Position numbers and translations under genes: made by a program. The notes under the pieces were generated by a model that was not told the DNA's origin, made no database searches, and saw only the letters and a list, made by a program, of their open reading frames with translations. 64,000 nt of DNA from Patescibacteria group bacterium. Its GTDB lineage: Bacteria > Patescibacteriota > Patescibacteriia > UBA9934. The stretch covers positions 723,338 to 787,337 of the forward strand of contig JBAZXR010000001.1 of assembly GCA_041659765.1 (NCBI GenBank), written 5' to 3'. The number at the start of each line of letters is the position of its first letter. The first letter of the stretch is position 1. Of the stretch, positions 56,345 to 64,000 are shown in pieces.

Positions 56345-56422
56345 ACCACAAACAAAAAATTCCCTCACGGGAATTTTTTGTTTGACGAGCGTCTCCTCCA
56401 TGGACACGTTCGTCTTCCGAGC

Positions 56423-56521
56423 CTAGCGGCGCTTCTTAGCGGCTGCCTTCTTAGCTGGCTTGCGCTTGGCAACAACCTTACGCTTTGCTGGCTTCTTAGC
56501 CACCTTCTTCTTAGCTGCCAT
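56423..56521 (-). CDS. 32-aa Lys/Ala-rich histone H1-like basic peptide
   Basis: MAAKKKVAKKPAKRKVVAKRKPAKKAAAKKRR; biased AAG/GCT codon use; terminator 56352-56382. Confidence 0.75.
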   Translation of the reverse strand: MAAKKKVAKKPAKRKVVAKRKPAKKAAAKKRR

Positions 56522-56656
56522 ATGAAATATGGTTATGAATCTTCGGGTCAAGCAATGCTCGACTTGAGACTAGTATATCGAGCTTTGCTCATGCATGCAC
56601 ATTTATTTGCGTAACCTGTGTACAACTTGAAGCTGTAAAGTTAAAAAAATAAAATA

Positions 56657-57880
56657 TTAAAATATTTTCACTACGCCGAAGATGCCATCGTAACCCGGAG
56701 TAATAGAAAGTTTGCCGGAACGCACGCGCGCGATTGCCTCTGCAACGGTGTCACCAAATTGTGAACGGATTTCTGCAACAGGAATGTCGAGGAGAATAGA
56801 AAACTCGTTGCCAAGTTTTGTAATCATGACTTCGTAGAGCGCAATTACTTTCTTCGAGGATACGCTCGACACATTGAGACACTCGGCGAGCACTTCCGGG
56901 AGCGGAACAATGGATTTAAATGGTACATGTCCTTTCATCGAGCTGAGATCGATCGGGCGATCGGCCAAATCAGCCACACGCGAGGTAACGCCTACAGTTA
57001 TTAGCTTTCCGCACTTGGGACAAAGCCCGCCCAGACGCTTCGTTTCCTTGGGTTCAAACGTCAGTCCACAGGGTGCGTGACCGTCCACGTGGTACTTCCC
57101 TTCCTCAGGATAGAACTCGATCGTATACAAAAAGTGTACAAGATCCCGGTCACGCAAGACGCGCATGAGTTCGGCGAACGACAACATCGCTTCATCGATT
57201 TCAAAGACATTAGCTTCTCTTCCGAAGTTTTGCGGCGAGTGCGCATCAGAATTCGAGATCAAAGAAAGTTGGTCGAGTACACTTAGTGCTCGATTCATGA
57301 TGGGGTCACTGCTCAAACCGGTTTCGATCGCAAAAATTTCTTTAGACATCTCGCCGTAACAATCTTCAAGGCTGTCGAACCCGCTCTTCGAACCAAAAAC
57401 AGAAAACCACGGTGTCCATGCATGTGCGGGTGCAAGAACAATTTTATCGTCGATATTTTTTAATTCACGATACAAATCTTCGGAGTCGATGCCGATGATT
57501 GGGCGGCCGTCACTCTTGCGGTTAAACTTTTTCTCATCAAGCCACGCATTAATCTTTTTTACCGTCTCAATGTTCGGCGCAAAAATTAAATTGTGCACTC
57601 GTCTCACCTTCCCTCCCCTTTTATAAATCTGCGACACTTCGCTCGTCATCATGAAACGCATTTTCGAATGCTCTCCGCTCTTCAACTTATAGAGTCCAGG
57701 CTCTGCTTCGACAAGTTTTTCCTCGATCTCCTTAAACCAAAGTGGGTGAGTAAAATCTCCGGTTCCCAAAACGTTTACTCCTTTCTTCTCACACCACAAC
57801 GCATTGTTCTCGAGGGTAAGATCTTTCGAGCACGCGCGCGAAAAACGGGAGTGAACGTGAAGGTCGGCAATTATTCGCAT
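56657..57880 (-). CDS. Endonuclease Q family (PHP domain plus Zn ribbon)
   Basis: DLHVHSRFS, GTGDFTHP, PAHAWTPW, ETGLSSD, SNSDAHS, CPKCG, GYDG.FG. Confidence 0.9.
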   Translation of the reverse strand: MRIIADLHVHSRFSRACSKDLTLENNALWCEKKGVNVLGTGDFTHPLWFKEIEEKLVEAEPGLYKLKSGEHSKMRFMMTSEVSQIYKRGGKVRRVHNLIFAPNIETVKKINAWLDEKKFNRKSDGRPIIGIDSEDLYRELKNIDDKIVLAPAHAWTPWFSVFGSKSGFDSLEDCYGEMSKEIFAIETGLSSDPIMNRALSVLDQLSLISNSDAHSPQNFGREANVFEIDEAMLSFAELMRVLRDRDLVHFLYTIEFYPEEGKYHVDGHAPCGLTFEPKETKRLGGLCPKCGKLITVGVTSRVADLADRPIDLSSMKGHVPFKSIVPLPEVLAECLNVSSVSSKKVIALYEVMITKLGNEFSILLDIPVAEIRSQFGDTVAEAIARVRSGKLSITPGYDGIFGVVKIF

Positions 57881-57881
57881 A

Positions 57882-58520
57882 CTATTCCCGTTTCAAAAGC
57901 ACGCCGGAAACCACCACCGCATACATTCCCGCGGCGGCCACGGTTGTCATAGCTGCTCCGACGGTTACGGCGCGGATCGAAGCGTACTGGATCACGTTTG
58001 TCGCGCACGATAAGAACAAGAGAACGACGGGAATGACGGAAACGAACTGAAGGTACGGCACTTTCTTCAAAATGGTGCGAATGACGAGCAGAACAACCGG
58101 CCAAATAGCGACACCGTACCAGCCCAAGTTCAAAAGCATGACCGCGAGAACACCGAATGCGCCGAGCCCGTATGCGGACCGTGCAAGAACACTCGCCTTC
58201 CCCTCGAACCGACTCAGGAACATCTCGGCGAGGAAACCAACTACCGTCGCACCGGTGAGGATACGAATCGCGCGCGTGACGTCGATCGTCATCGTGCCAA
58301 CCCCTCGAGCACCGATAATTGCGTCTGTCAGCTTGCCGATATGTGTCGCAAACACCGCGGGAAGGCCAGCAATAGCGATGATGGACAACGCAAACGGCAC
58401 TGCCCAGATACCAAGCGCTTTTGCGAGCTTCAAGAAGTCAGACGCAAAGAATTCAACGTCTTCACGAGCTGATTTAAGGCCGTCGAGAAAAAACTGTTGA
58501 ATCGTATTTGCATTGATCAT
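57882..58520 (-). CDS. Hypothetical multi-TM membrane protein
   Basis: 212-aa hydrophobic ORF in operon context. Confidence 0.6.
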   Translation of the reverse strand: MINANTIQQFFLDGLKSAREDVEFFASDFLKLAKALGIWAVPFALSIIAIAGLPAVFATHIGKLTDAIIGARGVGTMTIDVTRAIRILTGATVVGFLAEMFLSRFEGKASVLARSAYGLGAFGVLAVMLLNLGWYGVAIWPVVLLVIRTILKKVPYLQFVSVIPVVLLFLSCATNVIQYASIRAVTVGAAMTTVAAAGMYAVVVSGVLLKRE

Positions 58521-58528
58521 AAATGGTT

Positions 58529-58600
58529 CCCACTCTGAGCCATGCGAAGAGTCCGACCCTCAGAGGAGAGAGTCGGATCCTTCGCTCTCGCTCAGGATGG
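58529..58600. repeat. Intergenic palindromic REP-like element related to 25229-25306
   Basis: CTGAGC..GCGAAGA..CCGAC...GTCGGATCCTTCGC...GCTCAGGATG. Confidence 0.65.
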
Positions 58601-58619
58601 AGATGAGACGCCATCCATT

Positions 58620-59378
58620 CTACAACCTCTCCCAAAGCGATGCGAACAGCAGTTTCTGGGTCTCGTAAATGCCCTTGTTATCGATGATGAGACCTACCAG
58701 TTCGCCCTTCTTATCCAAGAAAATGTTCGCTACTTTGCCCGCGTAGATCAAAATATACGTTGGCGTGCCTTCGGTAGCCGGGATCCACTTTCGTTCGTCG
58801 AGTCCGGCGGTCGACCCGCCCTTGCCGAGCGAAATGTTCTTTACGCTAATGCGCGCGTCGAGACGCTCTGCCGTATACGTAGGAAATGCCGAGTATAGCC
58901 CCGCATCGCGGACCGCGCTCGACGAATAAACGTAATACTCTTTCGACTTTGTCTCTTCCATACTCGAAAGGACGTCTAGGAGAATCACTTTGATCCCCTC
59001 TGGCCCCTCATACATGCGCGCCACCGGCTCCCGAGAGCTCCCCCCGTCATACACGCTATCAAGTTCAGCGATAACCCTCGCGAGCTTCTCGTCTGCTCGC
59101 TTTAACTCGTCCATGCGGTCACGAGCGAGTTCTTCGAGCTTCACGGGCGGCTCGGCTACAAAATACTGTTTAGTCTCCTTATTATAAAAACGCGCAAGCC
59201 GCATGGCCTGCAAGTTTTTCAGAGAATCGTAAACTGTCCCCCGGTTAATCCCCGTCGCCGCCGCCATTTGACGGACAGAGGACGGCCCTTCCTTTAAAAG
59301 GGTCACATAAACTTTTATTTCTTTAGGCGAAAGTCCAAGCTGCTCGAGCACGTCTTCCGCAGGTCTTTGGGGGCTCAT
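58620..59378 (-). CDS. TrmB-family transcriptional regulator
   Basis: LGLS.KE.KVY..LL, INRGTVY..L HTH, YEG.EG. Confidence 0.88.
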   Translation of the reverse strand: MSPQRPAEDVLEQLGLSPKEIKVYVTLLKEGPSSVRQMAAATGINRGTVYDSLKNLQAMRLARFYNKETKQYFVAEPPVKLEELARDRMDELKRADEKLARVIAELDSVYDGGSSREPVARMYEGPEGIKVILLDVLSSMEETKSKEYYVYSSSAVRDAGLYSAFPTYTAERLDARISVKNISLGKGGSTAGLDERKWIPATEGTPTYILIYAGKVANIFLDKKGELVGLIIDNKGIYETQKLLFASLWERL

Positions 59379-60151
59379 AAGCGTTTGTTTAACAGCTCTT
59401 CGGCCTTGCTAAGTTCATCTGGCGTGTTGATGCCAACCACCTGCAAAGGATCAACTGATGCCGTGACGATCTTCCGGCCCTCAGCCATCGCCAAACCAAT
59501 CAAATCCGTCAGGTAGTATTCTCCGCTCGCGTTCTCGTTCTTTACGTCCTTCAAGCGATCAAATACCCACGGCACAGGGAATGCGTAGATTCCTGGGTTC
59601 ACTTCCGTAATCATCGCTTCTTCGGCCGAGGCATCCTTGGATTCACGCAACGCCTGTACGGGCATGACGCCGTCATGCCCCTTCGCCGAGGATGCACGAA
59701 TAATTTTTCCCCATTTGATGAACATCGAATAATCGCCGACAAAATTCGGCACCGTAGCCGTGAGCATCGCAATATCTCCCGAATTCTTCGAGGAAAGATC
59801 CGCGAGCTGTTTCAAAACCTCAGGACCAATGAATGGATGATCGCCGTAGAGCACAATAATGCGAGAAGCGCCTTTGCAAGCGTCCTCCGCATACCGCAAC
59901 GCGTCGCCCGTTCCGTTCTGCTCGAGCTGCACGCCGTACGTCACAGAATCGCCAAGTTCAGCGAAAAAAGTGTCCTTACCGTCAGGAGAAACTATGACAA
60001 CCGGCTTTTCATCCAGTCCCGATTTCCGAATACGATCTAAAAGATGCGAAATCATGGGCTTCCCAGCCACCGGAACCAGGGGTTTCGGAACAGAAGCGCC
60101 CATGCGCTTCCCCTTCCCTGCCGCCAAAATGACCACCTTGGTGTCATTCAT
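59375..60151 (-). CDS. GlmU N-terminal-like sugar-phosphate nucleotidyltransferase (no acetyltransferase domain)
   Basis: ILAAGKGKRM...PK, GTGDA, LYGD.P, EVNPGIY, EYYLTD, GINT. Confidence 0.88.
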   Translation of the reverse strand: MNDTKVVILAAGKGKRMGASVPKPLVPVAGKPMISHLLDRIRKSGLDEKPVVIVSPDGKDTFFAELGDSVTYGVQLEQNGTGDALRYAEDACKGASRIIVLYGDHPFIGPEVLKQLADLSSKNSGDIAMLTATVPNFVGDYSMFIKWGKIIRASSAKGHDGVMPVQALRESKDASAEEAMITEVNPGIYAFPVPWVFDRLKDVKNENASGEYYLTDLIGLAMAEGRKIVTASVDPLQVVGINTPDELSKAEELLNKRL

Positions 60152-60283
60152 ATTGGTGACAGTATGATGGGAAGTTATAAAGTTGTAAAGAAGTAAAGTT
60201 TTAAAGCTAATACTAGCTCAATACTGGAAAAAATGAGATACATCGGTAACACTTTACAGCTTTTTAAACTTTTTCAACCTTTT

Positions 60284-60335
60284 TAACTGAGATTAGCAAT
60301 AAAACATTGACAAAACGTCATTTTTTTGCTATACT
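60284..60335 (+). promoter_or_regulatory. sigma70 promoter with TAGC motif
   Basis: TAGC-N9-TTGACA-N17-TATACT. Confidence 0.85.
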
Positions 60336-60443
60336 TTTATGTTACTTCCGTGCTTTTACGGGGGTGATACGGGCAACAGCCCAACCAACCGACCCAAGAC
60401 TGATGCCGGGACCACTCGGCACTGATCAAGGGAGGAGGTTCCC

Positions 60444-60875
60444 ATGAGCGTTCGCGTCTATCTGGATCCCAAGAAGTGCGTACTCCACACCAACCCCCAT
60501 GGCGCACGGTACATCCTCGTCGATGGCGCCAAGCAGTACGTCCAGGAGGAAGGCGGTCTGATCTTCTTCAGCACGGAGCTCCTGGCTCCTATGAACCCGA
60601 GCCTCCGCAAGGACATCGTGTCAGTGACCTACCAAACGGTCATTGAAGACGTGACACACATGGCCAGGATCGCCCGTGGGCGCTACGCGCACGGAAAATT
60701 CGGAGCCCTGGTCCGCCAGACGATTCGCAACGGACGCCAGACGCTCGATATCAGCGTCAAGGCCCCGACGCTGCAGAGCCTGAGCCGCTGGCTGCACCCG
60801 CTCCTCGCCGGCCAGGACACGCCGATCGAGCTGTACTCGGCAGCCCCACAATCCCAGGCCGTCATCGAGGCCTAA
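60444..60875 (+). CDS. Orphan protein (cassette 1)
   Basis: GGAGGAGG SD; GC-rich third codon positions. Confidence 0.7.
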   Translation: MSVRVYLDPKKCVLHTNPHGARYILVDGAKQYVQEEGGLIFFSTELLAPMNPSLRKDIVSVTYQTVIEDVTHMARIARGRYAHGKFGALVRQTIRNGRQTLDISVKAPTLQSLSRWLHPLLAGQDTPIELYSAAPQSQAVIEA

Positions 60876-60938
60876 TCAAGAACTCTCGCGCATTCGCGAG
60901 GCATCGAGCCACCACCCGGTCGGCCCCTTGCCTCCCGG

Positions 60939-60967
60939 GTGCGCTCTTTGTTTACTGGACATTTTCT
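60939..60967 (+). repeat. Terminator-promoter junction repeat, copy 1
   Basis: GTGCGCTCTTTGTTTACTGGACATTTTCT identical to 61252-61280. Confidence 0.9.
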
Positions 60968-61020
60968 CACTTTTATGGCAGTATGTTCTGTCGCAAACAA
61001 CGCGATACTGGGGAGAAATC

Positions 61021-61224
61021 ATGTGTCAGCTAAAGGTTATCACCGTGGGCAACGAGGACGGTCCCCTGAGCACTGGGATGGAAGATGACACCGGTTCGCT
61101 CGAGAAGCAGGTCAACGAATGGCTTGCCGAGCAGAAGGTCGAGGTGATCTCTGCGAGCGTCGTCCCGGACAAATTCCAACGCCCGCAGGCGTTCATCTTC
61201 TACAAGACAGGTCCAACATCCTAG
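61021..61224 (+). CDS. Small orphan protein (cassette 2)
   Basis: GGGAG SD; LEKQVNEWL motif. Confidence 0.65.
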   Translation: MCQLKVITVGNEDGPLSTGMEDDTGSLEKQVNEWLAEQKVEVISASVVPDKFQRPQAFIFYKTGPTS

Positions 61225-61251
61225 CCCGCCACCGCGCGCACCCCACGCCGA

Positions 61252-61280
61252 GTGCGCTCTTTGTTTACTGGACATTTTCT
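61252..61280 (+). repeat. Terminator-promoter junction repeat, copy 2
   Basis: 29-bp identity with 60939-60967. Confidence 0.9.
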
Positions 61281-61355
61281 TGCTTTTATGACAATATGGT
61301 CGGTCGAAAGACAACCCACGGCGGGTGAGCCGAAGAAGAATTTAGGGAGGAATCC

Positions 61356-61715
61356 ATGCCGACCAAAAAGGCTAGGTGGCTACTAGAAACCGTGAACGAA
61401 CGAGAAAGGCGGGAAGCAATAGATCGAGGATCGAGTGAGGACGCGCAGGCTCGGGAATGGCTCCCGACTCGCGTGATGCAGCTCAGCAAGGAGCTTGCAG
61501 AAACTCCTTACGGGACTTCAATCGTCATCCTCAATCTCAAGGACGACGGGCTGTCGAGCCTCGAACGCAAGCAGATCGCGCTGCTCGACAAAGAACTGGG
61601 CATCAACATCCTGAGCAAAGCCGAGGTCGTCAATCAAGGGCATGGCCCCAACGAGGCCTTCTGGGCAGTAATGATCGAGCTCCGGACGTTGATCGATCTC
61701 CTCAAGGCGACGTGA
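61356..61715 (+). CDS. Orphan protein (cassette 3)
   Basis: AGGGAGG SD. Confidence 0.65.
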   Translation: MPTKKARWLLETVNERERREAIDRGSSEDAQAREWLPTRVMQLSKELAETPYGTSIVILNLKDDGLSSLERKQIALLDKELGINILSKAEVVNQGHGPNEAFWAVMIELRTLIDLLKAT

Positions 61716-61884
61716 AAGCTCGTGCTCCACCGTCACGCGCACCCCTCCCGGGTGCGCTCTTCTTTTTCTTTGACATAAATCATATTTTTTGCCATACTTT
61801 CCTGTCGGATCTCACTATTTGAACCTATCCAGGCTCGATAAATCACCGCGTGGCCGACCACGCAAAACCCTTGAAGGAGGGAAC

Positions 61885-62616
61885 ATGAATAGGACGAATG
61901 CGATCGCCCGGCTGAAGGGCAACGCGCTCATGGTTGTCAGCCTCTCGGTTGGCTTCATGGGTCTCTGTGTGGGCGGCGGTGGGCTCATGCTCGCTGCCCG
62001 GACCACACGCGAACTTCACGCGCTCGAGTACAGGGTGCAGAACGACCTCGGGGATCCCGATGCCACCCGGCTCGGCAAGTTTGCCCAAGTGCCAGTGTTC
62101 GATGCGGACGGCAAGCCCGTCATGATCCCGTGCCCAGGCCAACCGGGAGCGCGATGCACAAAGACGCACCGCCTCCGCCAGTCCGCATGGGAGGAGATGG
62201 AGTCGCTCGATGGGCGCATTCACAAGATTGCGTCCGAACTCGAGACCCACCGGCTCTACTCCGATTTCGAGTTCAGGCGCATCGCCCGCGAGCGGAGTGA
62301 CGAAACCACGGATCAGTGGAGAGAACAGGTGGATACCCTGCTCGCTACCAATCCCCCCGCCGAGGTGGTGGCCGACGACTCGGATCCGCCGGCGATCATA
62401 GAAGGAGCGTTGGATGGCGACGTGTTGCCTGGTGACCCCGGGTTCGATGCGCAGGTCAGTGAATTCTGCCCGCAGAACCCGGAAAAGCATGCGGACGGCA
62501 AGTTCTACTTGACCGGCTGCACGGAAGGCGGCACCGCCTACGTGCACACCACCTTCGTGTGCAACATCTGGGACAGCACCCCGCCGTACCTCCACGGCTG
62601 TGACATCGTCCGTTAG
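61885..62616 (+). CDS. Membrane-anchored Cys-containing orphan protein (cassette 4)
   Basis: Promoter TTGACA-N17-CATACT at 61770, AAGGAGG SD, terminator ~62639-62672. Confidence 0.7.
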   Translation: MNRTNAIARLKGNALMVVSLSVGFMGLCVGGGGLMLAARTTRELHALEYRVQNDLGDPDATRLGKFAQVPVFDADGKPVMIPCPGQPGARCTKTHRLRQSAWEEMESLDGRIHKIASELETHRLYSDFEFRRIARERSDETTDQWREQVDTLLATNPPAEVVADDSDPPAIIEGALDGDVLPGDPGFDAQVSEFCPQNPEKHADGKFYLTGCTEGGTAYVHTTFVCNIWDSTPPYLHGCDIVR

Positions 62617-62727
62617 TTCTCGTCTCGTTCCCCTCGACAGCTCCGCGCCCTCTGGTGCGGAGCTTTTCTTTTGTAACAAAAAAGCCGAGTCTTTCGACTC
62701 GGGCTCTTTGTTGAAAAATCGCAGTGT

Positions 62728-62836
62728 CCTGGCGGCCACCTACTCTCGCTACACTTAACTACCATCGGCTCATGCAGGCTTAACATTCGTGTTCGGGATG
62801 GGAACGCGTGTGACCCTGTAGAAAGTGCCACCAAGA
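62728..62836 (-). rRNA. rrf: 5S rRNA
   Basis: Reverse complement contains CCCATCCCGAACAC and CCGATGGTAG; flanked by a processing stem. Confidence 0.93.
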
Positions 62837-62918
62837 CACTGCGATCTTTCATTGTTTACGTCAGTATATATTTTGAACTGTACTTCACTTTGCGCGTCTT
62901 TCGACGCCGCAATCAGTG

Positions 62919-64000
<1,082 letters not shown>

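Noticed and set aside
60284-62672. Prophage remnant
   Set aside because: No recognisable phage structural, replication or integrase genes; a phage origin of individual cassettes cannot be excluded

Overview
This 64-kb window is chromosomal DNA from a reduced-genome bacterium. Gene content (DUF4012, Cys-rich pilin with DsbA, DUF2090/PfkB, split transketolase, shortened 23S L1 stalk) points to Patescibacteria/CPR, possibly an ABY1/Uhrbacteria-like lineage; this taxonomy is inferred. The housekeeping backbone holds translation and RNA genes (rplS, trpS, ileS type 2, rnj, pseudouridine synthases, rnpB, 4 tRNAs including a rare tRNA-Ile(UAU), 5S rRNA and the 3' part of 23S rRNA), cell-envelope genes, a non-oxidative pentose-phosphate cluster, ruvA and EndoQ. 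Scattered between these are self-contained orphan expression cassettes with near-consensus sigma70 promoters, strong Shine-Dalgarno (SD) sites and their own terminators. Six promoters share an upstream TAGC-N9-TTGACA motif with helically phased TAGC-like repeats. The strongest candidates for undescribed biology are: (1) a ~600-nt transcript (27215-27800) made of tandem hairpin-CACAAC-SD-microORF units encoding 8-9 aa peptides ending R-D-x-P-stop with synonymous divergence, plus a related peptide at a second locus (32997); (2) a ~200-nt RNA holding an Ala-acceptor (G3:U70) tRNA-like domain with an 8-nt ATC-containing loop and an antisense pseudoknot-forming leader; (3) cassettes with conserved regulatory flanks but unrelated cargo. 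No integrase, transposase or CRISPR array was seen. All calls come from reading the sequence by eye, without database searches.
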